A stretch of DNA of 64,000 bases from Bacillota bacterium (GTDB lineage Bacteria > Bacillota > Sulfobacillia > JAJZYS01 > JAILZS01). The stretch spans positions 19,370 through 83,369 of the forward strand of contig JAILZS010000005.1 of NCBI GenBank assembly GCA_023512375.1. The letters run 5' to 3'. Below the pieces are notes generated by a model. The model did not search any database. It was given only the letters and a program-made list of their open reading frames with translations, and was not told the origin of the DNA. A program made the position numbers and the translations under genes. Positions 23,278-31,195 of this stretch are shown here, in pieces; within the stretch, counting starts at the first letter, position 1; each line of letters begins with the position of its first letter.

Positions 23278-23309
23278 ATGTTCTTCGCACGATGGGGACG
23301 GGGGATGGC

Positions 23310-23963
23310 ATGGCGATCGCCGACGGGCCCGGGCAGCGCCTACCGCTGTTGGTGGTGGCCACGACCAACCCGGGGAAGCGGGCGGAGTTTGCCCGCCTGT
23401 TGGCGTCGCTGCCGTGGAAGGTGGCGGACCTCTCCCTCGCCGGCGACGGCTACGTGCCCCCGCCGGAGGACGGCGAGACCTACGCGGACAACGCGCGCAC
23501 GAAGGCGCTTGCGGCAGCTCGGGCCAGCGGCCGGGTGGCGCTGGCGGACGACTCCGGCCTGGAGGTCGAGGCGCTTGACGGGGCGCCCGGCGTCCACTCG
23601 GCGCGCTATGGGGGCGAGGGGCTGGATGACGGTGGGCGGGTGCGGCGGCTGTTGGAGGCGCTGTCCGGCGTACCGGCGTCCCGGCGGGGAGCCGCCTTCG
23701 TCGCCCACCTCACTGTGGCCTCGCCGGACGGGCGGGTGCTGGCGGAGGTCGAGGTTGCCGTGGGCGGACGGATCGCGTTTGCCCCGCGCGGACACGGCGG
23801 CTTCGGTTACGACCCCGTGTTCGAGCCCCTGGGCATGGGGTGCACGATGGCGGAACTGGCGCCCGCGGCCAAGGACCTGTTCAGCCACCGGGGGCGGGCG
23901 ACGCAGCTTCTCCTGCCCGCCCTCCGGCGTCTGGCGCTGGATGTTCGGGCCGCATCGGCCTAG
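23310..23963 (+). CDS. rdgB: non-canonical purine NTP pyrophosphatase (RdgB/HAM1)
   Basis: ATTNPGK, EDG.TY.DNA..KA, ADDSGL, PGVHSAR, GFGYDPVF, SHRG. Confidence 0.92.
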   Translation: MAIADGPGQRLPLLVVATTNPGKRAEFARLLASLPWKVADLSLAGDGYVPPPEDGETYADNARTKALAAARASGRVALADDSGLEVEALDGAPGVHSARYGGEGLDDGGRVRRLLEALSGVPASRRGAAFVAHLTVASPDGRVLAEVEVAVGGRIAFAPRGHGGFGYDPVFEPLGMGCTMAELAPAAKDLFSHRGRATQLLLPALRRLALDVRAASA

Positions 23964-23979
23964 AATGGCGAAGGGTTTG

Positions 23980-24054
23980 CGGGGCGTGGCGCAGGGGTAG
24001 CGCACCAGCTTTGGGAGCTGGGGGTCGTGGGTTCGAATCCCACCGCCCCGACCA
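23980..24054 (+). tRNA. tRNA-Pro(TGG)
   Basis: CGGGGCG acceptor, anticodon arm CCAGC-TTTGGGA-GCTGG, GGTTCGAATCC, encoded CCA. Confidence 0.95.
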
Positions 24055-24063
24055 TTTCCGAAT

Positions 24064-24125
24064 CCTGAAGCGCGAAGACTTCCAGGGACCCGGCGTACCC
24101 AAGCGAGGTAACCGGGTCCCCGTTT
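24064..24125 (+). repeat. tRNA-downstream double-hairpin/terminator-like motif, copy 1
   Basis: CCTGAAGCGCGAAGACTTCCAGGGACCCGGC...CCGGGTCCCCGTTT; related copy on the minus strand at 37405-37466. Confidence 0.55.
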
Positions 24126-24266
24126 TGGTGCCCATCTACGGCCCCGGGGCCAGTGCGTGCCCTCGCAGGTGCTGGCGACGGGTGAGCATCCACCCCCACG
24201 CCCGCTGCGCATGGCTCCCTGTGCGGTCGCCGTCACTTCCGCGCCACAGCGAGCGGGAGGGAGCGC

Positions 24267-24600
24267 GTGGGGGTGGACCGGGTGGTTCGCGACGTTCGGG
24301 GACTCCCCGGACGGGGGTCCACACTGGGGCCGTGCCGTGGGCGCCATCGCACCTGTGACGCGGTGTTCCACATCCTCGGCCTGACCAAGGAGATGCCGAT
24401 GGCGAGGGTGGCAGAGAAGTGGGGGATAGGGCGCCACCGGGTCGAACGTGTCGCCGGCGTCTGGCGCCGCGGCATGCACGTGGATCTGCTGAGGGCTCAA
24501 GCCATCGACGAAGCGTCCGTCCGCAAGGGGCGCCGATCGGCGTCCATGGTCACCGGCCAGGCGACGCGTCAGGTGCCGGTTACGGCGCGGGGATGGGGAA
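24267..24600 (+). pseudogene. ISL3-family transposase remnant
   Basis: AIDEASVRKGRRSASMVT resembles ISL3 IDE.S.RKG..Y.TVV.D; upstream HTH-like MPMARVAEKWGI; short and degraded; boundaries approximate. Confidence 0.6.
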
Positions 24601-24629
24601 CGCAAAAATTGGATTGGAATCTGACTGAC

Positions 24630-25079
24630 TCATCCATTCGGGCTGGGTGTGCCGACGGTTGAAACAGCCGACAGAGGCCGGCCAGGCATCGCCACCACGA
24701 GGTGGCGCCCTTTCGCAGCTGCCACAAGGCGCTCGTCATAGGCAACGAAGGCTTGAAGTTCTTGGCTCTCGAGAGCCAAGAGTTCCGCCGTGGCTAGATG
24801 AATGGCGTCCAAGCTGCGAAGGTTCGCATCGTCATATGCTGCTGCCATGGCCCGAATCCGCGCGTCGATTTCCATGCGATAGAGCCGGGCCATCACCCCA
24901 GGAACGTTGACGAGAGCAGTCGGATCGTACCGGCGGACGGCACGAGCTACCTCGACCTCCGCAAGGAAAGAGGAGACCAGGGGTGCTGAAGCCCTCTCCC
25001 GGAGCCATGCCAGGAGGCTGGGCGTTTCCCGCTCGAAACGAACGAGTTTGACAAGGGCCGACGAGTCGAGGTAGATCAT
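24630..25079 (-). CDS. vapC: type II toxin, VapC/PIN domain
   Basis: MIYLDSSALVKL, EVEV.RA, LRSLDAIHLATA, YDERL. Confidence 0.9.
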   Translation of the reverse strand: MIYLDSSALVKLVRFERETPSLLAWLRERASAPLVSSFLAEVEVARAVRRYDPTALVNVPGVMARLYRMEIDARIRAMAAAYDDANLRSLDAIHLATAELLALESQELQAFVAYDERLVAAAKGRHLVVAMPGRPLSAVSTVGTPSPNG

Positions 25080-25357
25080 GCACGCTCCTGTTCGCGGTCG
25101 CTCACCAGTAGGGCGGCAACGTCCCTTTCCGGGTGTGCGTTACGCGGAGGCGTGGGAAGGGGCCCTTCTGCCGTAGGGGCGATCGCCATACCCGTGGCGA
25201 CCGCGCGATTCAGGTAGGATGAGCCGTGCGGAATGGGAATCAGGCGGGCGATGGGCCGCCCGTCGCGGGTGATGGTCACTGCCTGACCTTGGGCTACCCG
25301 GGCCAGGATGGCACTCGTATGCTGGTTGAGCTCACGCACAGGGATTTGTTGCTCCAT
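25076..25357 (-). CDS. type II antitoxin, Phd/YefM family
   Basis: IPVRELNQHTSAIL.RV..G..VTITRDGRPIARLIP; 4-bp overlap with toxin. Confidence 0.88.
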   Translation of the reverse strand: MEQQIPVRELNQHTSAILARVAQGQAVTITRDGRPIARLIPIPHGSSYLNRAVATGMAIAPTAEGPLPTPPRNAHPERDVAALLVSDREQERA

Positions 25358-25415
25358 CCGGGCCTCCAGCCAAGATGTCGGGGGTCGGTAGGTAGACGCC
25401 GTATCTGGCCTCATT

Positions 25416-25434
25416 GTAGAACGATGTGTTCTAC
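25416..25434. promoter_or_regulatory. palindromic putative TA autoregulatory operator
   Basis: GTAGAAC-GATGT-GTTCTAC upstream of the antitoxin. Confidence 0.55.
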
Positions 25435-25865
25435 CCATCAAGTTCTTCTCTTCACGGGCGGGTAGGGCGCGGGTCGGAAGGCAAGCGCTATACCTCGTTG
25501 TCATCGGGCCCACCCGTCCACCCAACGCCCGGCAAGTAGCGGGAGAGAGCGAAGCGCCGTTCACCCGGGATGACAGCGTTAGGGTGCCGCCGACAGGACG
25601 ACCCTCACCGGTGTAGCCGTGGTCGTCGTCCGTCCCCATGGACTGTCGCACGCCGCCACCGGCCGGAGGCGGCTTCACGACAACCGAGACGAGGCCACCC
25701 GCCGCCTCGTCGCCGCGGTCGGCTGGCCCGCGCCCCATGCACGCCGGGCATCGCGTGTGCTCTTGGCGGCCACATCGGTCGGTCCTTGCGGTCACCTCCC
25801 CAGGTCAGCCCCTCGCGCTGAGACGCCCTCGCCACGCGTCGCTCTCTTGCCCTACCCCTGCGGCC

Positions 25866-25894
25866 TTGACGAAGGCAGCGGCCGATGATACATT
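25866..25894 (+). promoter_or_regulatory. sigma-A type promoter
   Basis: TTGACG-N17-TACATT with extended -10 TG at 25886-25887. Confidence 0.8.
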
Positions 25895-25906
25895 GCGGCG
25901 CGTACA

Positions 25907-25967
25907 GGGCGATGGAGGCCGCCCGGGCTAGGCCCGAACCGCCGCGCATGCGGCTGATGACTCCTAG
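25907..25967 (+). promoter_or_regulatory. fluoride riboswitch (crcB motif) aptamer
   Basis: GGGCGATGGAGGCCGCCC...AACCGC...GCTGATGACTCCTA: P1 GGGCG/CGCCC, GGAG/CTCC pseudoknot, conserved GCTGATGAC. Confidence 0.88.
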
Positions 25968-25990
25968 GGTATCCTAGGGGTTCGTTTTTT
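25959..25990 (+). terminator. riboswitch expression-platform intrinsic terminator
   Basis: GACTCCTAGG-GTAT-CCTAGGGGTT hairpin followed by CGTTTTTT; 5' arm overlaps the aptamer 3' end. Confidence 0.8.
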
Positions 25991-26030
25991 GCTGCCCCAC
26001 GGCGGTTGGGAATGGTCAGGAGGGGAACGG

Positions 26031-26981
26031 ATGGTCCCGTCGGCGGCCGCGATCCTGGCTCAGGTGTGCGCCGTGCTCTTCGTGCTCGCATTGTCGCCGC
26101 TTCTGCGCGGCATCCTCGAGCGCGCCAAGGCGCGGCTCCTCTTCCGTCAGGGCCCGCCCGTGGTCCAACCGTACCGCGATCTGCGCAAGTGGTTCGCGAA
26201 GGAACGCCTGCGAAGCCCTTACGCCACGTGGCTTTCCGGGTTCTCCCCCTTCGCGTACTTCGTCGCGCCCCTGCTCGTGGCGTCCATGATCCCGGCGCTC
26301 ACCGCCTTCCCGCTCCCGTTCGCGTTCACGGCGGACATGCTCGGCGCCGGTTTCGTCCTGGGCGGCGCGGGCCTTTTTCTGCTCCTCGCTGCGTTCGAGT
26401 CGGGAAGCGCGTTCAGCACCCTCGGCGTGAGCCGCGTGCGCCTCGTCGGGGTGTTCACTGAGCCGATCGCCTTCCTCGCCGTCTTCGCCGCCTCGGCGTC
26501 GGCCCACGCCACCATCCCCTTCGTGGTGAACCAGGTGATGAGCCGCACCCCGTGGCTTTGGTCGCCCACCCACGTGCTCCTCATGCTGGCGTGGATCCTT
26601 CTCCTGTTGGCCGAGACGGGCCGCATCCCGGTGGACAACCCCGCCTCGGCGCAGGAATTGTCTCTCATCGACCCGGCGCGCACGTTCGAGGCTGCCGGCC
26701 CCGATCTGGCCCTCTACGAATGGGGTGGCTGGATGAAGTTCATGGTCCTCACCATTGTGCTGGCCAACGTCCTGTTCACGCCGTTCGGCCTGGCCACCTC
26801 CCTCACCGTGCCCGCGTTGGCGCTCTCTGCCGCGGTCGTGTTCGCCAAGCTCGTCCTGGTGGGCTTGGCCGTCGTCGCGGTGGAGGTCGCGTTCGCCAAG
26901 CTCCGCCTCCTGCGCATCCCCGAGTACTTGTTGGCGGCCGTGCTCATCGCCGCCGCCGCCGGCGCCGCCGCGTCCCTCTGA
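26031..26981 (+). CDS. hyfC: Ehr/hydrogenase-4 membrane subunit (HyfC/HycD, NuoH-like)
   Basis: RQGPPVVQPYRDLRKWFAKE, AETGRIPVDNP, E..FAKLRL; multi-TM. Confidence 0.85.
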   Translation: MVPSAAAILAQVCAVLFVLALSPLLRGILERAKARLLFRQGPPVVQPYRDLRKWFAKERLRSPYATWLSGFSPFAYFVAPLLVASMIPALTAFPLPFAFTADMLGAGFVLGGAGLFLLLAAFESGSAFSTLGVSRVRLVGVFTEPIAFLAVFAASASAHATIPFVVNQVMSRTPWLWSPTHVLLMLAWILLLLAETGRIPVDNPASAQELSLIDPARTFEAAGPDLALYEWGGWMKFMVLTIVLANVLFTPFGLATSLTVPALALSAAVVFAKLVLVGLAVVAVEVAFAKLRLLRIPEYLLAAVLIAAAAGAAASL

Positions 26982-26997
26982 TTCGAAGGAGGTCGCC

Positions 26998-27651
26998 ATG
27001 CCCCTACCCGCGCTGACCGGACTGTTCGCCTTCGCCGGCTTCGCCCTGCTCGCCCTGTCGAGCGGCTCCATCCTCACCCGCGACCCGCGCCAGACCGTGG
27101 CCCTGTACGCCCTGGCGTCCGTACCCCAGGCGGGAATCGCCGCCCTCCTGGCCGTCCTCTTCGGCCACGTCGAGCTCTACGCGCTGGCGGCCGCCATCCT
27201 CGTGCTCAAGGGGCTGATCGCGCCGCGGCTCCTCGTCGTTCCTTGGCCCAAGATGCATCATCCCCACTACGGCCTCACGGGCCACCTCGGGACGCCGGCC
27301 TCCCTGGCCGTGGTCGTGGGCATCCTCATGTTCGCCTACCGCGTCTCGGTCGTCCTCGCCCCCCCGGCCCTGGAGACGGCGATGGCCGCCACCATGGCCT
27401 CCGGCCTTGTCGGGCTCCTCGCCCCCGCGGTCCGGCACGAGCTCGCCGCCCAGGCGGCGGGGCTCCTGCACGGGGAGGCCGGCATCACCGCCACCGCCCT
27501 CTTGTTGGTGGGCCACCTCCCGGTGGCGGCGGACGTGATCTCGATCGCCGAACTCCTCGTCCTCGCCCTCCTCCTCGGCGTGCTCCTGGCGCGCGTGATC
27601 CGCATCCACGGTCGGGCGGACGCCAGCCTCCTCACGGTGCTGCGGGGATGA
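26998..27651 (+). CDS. hyfE: Ehr/hydrogenase-4 membrane subunit (HyfE-like)
   Basis: Hydrophobic ~217 aa, VLKGLIAP motif, C-terminal L..LRG; operon position. Confidence 0.7.
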   Translation: MPLPALTGLFAFAGFALLALSSGSILTRDPRQTVALYALASVPQAGIAALLAVLFGHVELYALAAAILVLKGLIAPRLLVVPWPKMHHPHYGLTGHLGTPASLAVVVGILMFAYRVSVVLAPPALETAMAATMASGLVGLLAPAVRHELAAQAAGLLHGEAGITATALLLVGHLPVAADVISIAELLVLALLLGVLLARVIRIHGRADASLLTVLRG

Positions 27652-29117
27652 GCGCGCTCATGGCGGTGTACGCGCCGGCCGCCTGGCCGGCGCTGGGTGC
27701 GCTCGCCATCGCCGCCCTGCCGGCGCGATGGTCGCGCCTTCTGGCCCGGGCGGTGGCGGCGGGCCTCGGGGTACTGGCCGTGTGGTGCGGCGCTTTGGCC
27801 TTGGGCGGGCGGGCGCCGTGGGACGCGCTCTCCCTGTGGCTGCTCCTCCCGGGCCTGGGGTTGGGCGCTTTGGGACTGTGGGCGTCGGACGCGCTATTGG
27901 CCCGGGAGGCGGGGCACGCCGACGTCTCGCCCGAGCGCAGGCTCGTGCTCGAGCGGCGCTACCTCGCCCTGTACAGCGCGTTTGCGGCGACGATCGCCCT
28001 GGTGGCCTCGGCCGACGGCATCCTGCTCATGTGGGTGGCGGTGGAGGGGACGACCCTGGCCTCGGTGCTCCTGGTCGCCCATCCGCGCCTGCCGACCTCG
28101 GTCGAGGCGGCGTGGAAGTACCTCGTGGCGACCAGCGTGGGCGGCCTGTTGGCCCTTCTCGGCACGGTGTTCATCGCCTCGGCCTGCCACGTGTCGCTGG
28201 GCGCCCCGCCGGGCGTGCTGCCCGCACCGCTGGCGGCCCCCGCCGTCCCCGCCGCTCTCGTGGGGTTCGCCTTCGCCGCCGTCGGCTTCGGCACCAAGGT
28301 AGGACTCGCCCCCATGCACGGCTGGCTCCCGGACGCCCACAGCGAGGCGCCGGCGCCGGTGTCGGCCCTGCTGAGCGGCATCGAACTGGCCACGGTGCTC
28401 TACGCCCTCACCCGTCTGGAGCGCATCGTCGCCATCGCCACCGGATCCGCCTGGCCGGGGCGGTGGCTCGTCATCTTCGGCCTTCTGTCCCTTGCGCTCG
28501 CGGCGCTGTTCATCGGCGTGCAGCGGGACCTCAAGCGGGCCTACGCCTATTCCAGCGTCGAGCACATGGGACTCGTCGCGCTCGGGGCCGGGGTGGGCGG
28601 CATGGCGGTGGTCGGTGCCCTCCTCCACGTCTGGACGCACGCGTTTACGAAGAGCGGCCTCTTCCTCGCGGCAGGGAACGTGCGCCACCGCTTCGGCGCC
28701 GCCAAGCTGCCCGAGGCCGACCATCTCCTGGGCGCCATGCCCCGTACCGGCTGGGCGGTGGCCCTCGGCACATGGGCGATCGCCGGCCTGCCACCCTTCG
28801 GGCCGTTCTTCAGCGAGTGGCTCATCCTGCGCGGCGCGGTCCGGCAGGGGGACGCGGCGGCGGCCGCGGCCGCCGCCGCCCTCCTGGCCGCCGTGGCGGT
28901 GGGACTCGGCCGCCAGGTGCCGCGCATCCTTCTCGGCGGTCGCCGACCGCGGCAGCCCGTCGCCGGCCGGGGGGCGGCATGGGAGACGGCGGGCGAGCTG
29001 TGGCCCATGGCGGCGCTCACGCTCTTCGGCCTGGCAGCGGGCGTCGCCGTCCCCGCCGCCTTTGGGCACGTCCTGAGGCACGCCGCCTCTCTCGCGCAGG
29101 GGGGGATGGGACGATGA
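27648..29117 (+). CDS. hyfF: Ehr/hydrogenase-4 antiporter-like subunit (HyfF; NuoL/M/N, MrpD-like)
   Basis: WVAVEGTTLAS, EAAWKY, GFGTKVGLAPMHGWLPDAHSEAPAPVSALLSG, AYSSVEHMG, H.FTKS. Confidence 0.88.
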   Translation: MSALMAVYAPAAWPALGALAIAALPARWSRLLARAVAAGLGVLAVWCGALALGGRAPWDALSLWLLLPGLGLGALGLWASDALLAREAGHADVSPERRLVLERRYLALYSAFAATIALVASADGILLMWVAVEGTTLASVLLVAHPRLPTSVEAAWKYLVATSVGGLLALLGTVFIASACHVSLGAPPGVLPAPLAAPAVPAALVGFAFAAVGFGTKVGLAPMHGWLPDAHSEAPAPVSALLSGIELATVLYALTRLERIVAIATGSAWPGRWLVIFGLLSLALAALFIGVQRDLKRAYAYSSVEHMGLVALGAGVGGMAVVGALLHVWTHAFTKSGLFLAAGNVRHRFGAAKLPEADHLLGAMPRTGWAVALGTWAIAGLPPFGPFFSEWLILRGAVRQGDAAAAAAAAALLAAVAVGLGRQVPRILLGGRRPRQPVAGRGAAWETAGELWPMAALTLFGLAAGVAVPAAFGHVLRHAASLAQGGMGR

Positions 29118-30541
29118 GGGTCGAGGAGTCGGCGGTCGTCGGGGTGCGGCCGGAGGCGTTCGGCGCCGAGGTGCACCGCCGCCTACGCCACGCCCGCCCG
29201 AGCGAAGACGCGCCGGTGGGCACGAACCTCATCGCCCTGTGGGAGGTGCGCGAGGGCGGCGAGGTGCTGGTGGAGGCCGTCCTGGAGGAGGGCGACGCGG
29301 TGGTGCGCCTCCAAGCGCCCTGGCGGCCGGAGCTCGTGTGGCCGAGTGAGGCGGGGGCGCGCGAAACGGCCCTGGAGGAGGCGCGCCTCATGGCGGTGGC
29401 GCAGGGGGAGGGGCGGTACGGGACCGGGCCGGCGCACGCCGTGGCCGCCCGGGGGGCGTTCACCTTCCCGATCGGTCCGGTGCGGGGCGACGTCATGGAG
29501 TCGGCGGCCCTCACCCTCACGGGCATGGGCGACGAGGTCCTCGGCCTGCGCGTCGACCTGGGCTGGAAGGTGCGGCGGGTGCAGCAGGCGGCGGTGGGCC
29601 TTCCCGTCGCCGAGGCGGTGCGAGTGGTGGAACACACCACGGCCACGTCGGCGGTGGCGCACGCCCTCGCCTTCAGTCAGGCGGTGGAGGCGGCCCGGGG
29701 GCGCCCCGTGACAGGGCGTGCGGCCGTCCTGCGCAGCATCCTGGCCGAGATCGAGCGCGCGCACAGCCACCTCCTCGACCTGGCCTCCCTGGCCGGGGCC
29801 ACCGGCCTGCCCGCCGCACAGCAGGAGCTCATGGCCCTGCGCGAGTCGGTCCTGCGCACGGCGTACGCCCTCGTCGGCCACCGCTACCTGCGCGGGGCGG
29901 TGGCTCCCGGAGGCCTTGCCGTCGACCCCGGGGACCGAGCCTGGGTAGAGGCGGCCATGGCCGTGGTGCGCCTCGGCCCCGCTTTGGACCGGATCGTGGC
30001 CGATCTCGACGCCACGCCCTCGTTCCTCGACCGCCTGCACGCGGCGGGCATCGTCAAGAGCCACGAGGCGGTCGAGATGGGCGCGCTGGGCCCGGTGGGC
30101 CGGGCGAGCGGCAGCGGACCCGACTGCCGGCGCCACCGACCGTACGCCGGGTACGTCGGCCACCCCCCTTCGCCCCTGCCGTACGACCACGCGGGCGACG
30201 CCTGGGCCCGTTGGCGGGTGAAGACGGCGGAGGTGCGAGCCAGCCTGTCCTGGCTCGAGCAAGCGGCGGTCTCGCTTCCCGACCGGTGCCGGGAGGAGGC
30301 GGACCCGATCCCTGCCGGTGGGGACGGTTGGGGCCTGGGCCGGGCCGAAGGTCCCCGCGGCGAGGTGGTGTACGCCGTGCGGCTCGACCCGGAGGGCAGG
30401 ACGGCGGGCGTCTGGGCCCGCACCCCGTCCCTGCGCAATTGGGCCCTGCTCCCCGTCGCGGTCGCCCGGCGCAACGTCCTGCAGGACGTGCCGATCATCG
30501 AGGCGAGCTTCGCCCTGAGCGCGGCCGGCAGCGACATGTGA
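29114..30541 (+). CDS. hydrogenase large-subunit/NuoD-like protein lacking Ni-binding CxxC motifs (EhrL-like)
   Basis: GPVRG, AEIERAHSHL, GHRYLRG, GPVGRASG, GDAWAR, EGPRGE, RTPS..NW; L1 region reads EHTTATSAVAH, C-terminus SFALSAAGSDM. Confidence 0.85.
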   Translation: MRVEESAVVGVRPEAFGAEVHRRLRHARPSEDAPVGTNLIALWEVREGGEVLVEAVLEEGDAVVRLQAPWRPELVWPSEAGARETALEEARLMAVAQGEGRYGTGPAHAVAARGAFTFPIGPVRGDVMESAALTLTGMGDEVLGLRVDLGWKVRRVQQAAVGLPVAEAVRVVEHTTATSAVAHALAFSQAVEAARGRPVTGRAAVLRSILAEIERAHSHLLDLASLAGATGLPAAQQELMALRESVLRTAYALVGHRYLRGAVAPGGLAVDPGDRAWVEAAMAVVRLGPALDRIVADLDATPSFLDRLHAAGIVKSHEAVEMGALGPVGRASGSGPDCRRHRPYAGYVGHPPSPLPYDHAGDAWARWRVKTAEVRASLSWLEQAAVSLPDRCREEADPIPAGGDGWGLGRAEGPRGEVVYAVRLDPEGRTAGVWARTPSLRNWALLPVAVARRNVLQDVPIIEASFALSAAGSDM

Positions 30542-30634
30542 GGAAAGGAGAAGGGGAGGGTCGCCGCCGGGAGGGGCCGGCGACGCCGGCCCGACGCCCA
30601 TTCCGGCAACATTCGGGATGGAGGAGGTACAGGT

Positions 30635-31195
30635 GTGATCTACCCGGGGTTCCTCCGCGCCCTGCGCCGTGGTCCGGCGACCACCCGCTACCCGTTCGGC
30701 GACGATCCCGGCGCAGGTCCGGCGCCTACGCCCGCTCCCGTCTCCGCCACGGGCACCGTTCCGGCCTCGCCGCTTCGCCTGTCGCTCGCCATCCGCCACG
30801 TCGACGCCGGGTCCTGCAACGGGTGCGAGAGCGAGATCGCCATGCTGGCCAGCTGCGTCTACGACCTCACGCGACTGGGGTTCGTGTTCACGCCCTCGCC
30901 GCGCCACGCGGACCTCCTCCTCGTCACCGGCGTGGTGACCGAGGCCATGGTGCCGGTGCTCCGCCAGACCTACGAGGCGATGCCCGCCCCCAAGCGGGTG
31001 GTGGCGGTCGGGGGGTGCGCGCTGGGCGACTCGCTGTTCGCCCTCCAGCCCGGCGTGCGGGGCACCCTCGAGGGGGTGGTGCCGGTGGACGTGCGGGTGC
31101 CGGGTTGTCCCCCCACCCCGCGCGCCATCCTCGATGGCATCCTGGAGGCGGTCGGGCGCACGCCGGCCTGGGCAAAGGAGGCGGCGGCGCGATGA
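30635..31195 (+). CDS. hyfI: hydrogenase small-subunit/NuoB-like Fe-S protein (EhrS/HyfI-like)
   Basis: HVDAGSCNGCE, SPRHADLLLVTG, VGGCALG, VPGCPP. Confidence 0.88.
   Translation: MIYPGFLRALRRGPATTRYPFGDDPGAGPAPTPAPVSATGTVPASPLRLSLAIRHVDAGSCNGCESEIAMLASCVYDLTRLGFVFTPSPRHADLLLVTGVVTEAMVPVLRQTYEAMPAPKRVVAVGGCALGDSLFALQPGVRGTLEGVVPVDVRVPGCPPTPRAILDGILEAVGRTPAWAKEAAAR

Noticed and set aside
25440-25860. Short ORFs between the vapBC operator and the riboswitch promoter
   Set aside because: No coherent coding signal or recognisable motif; probably degraded island sequence.
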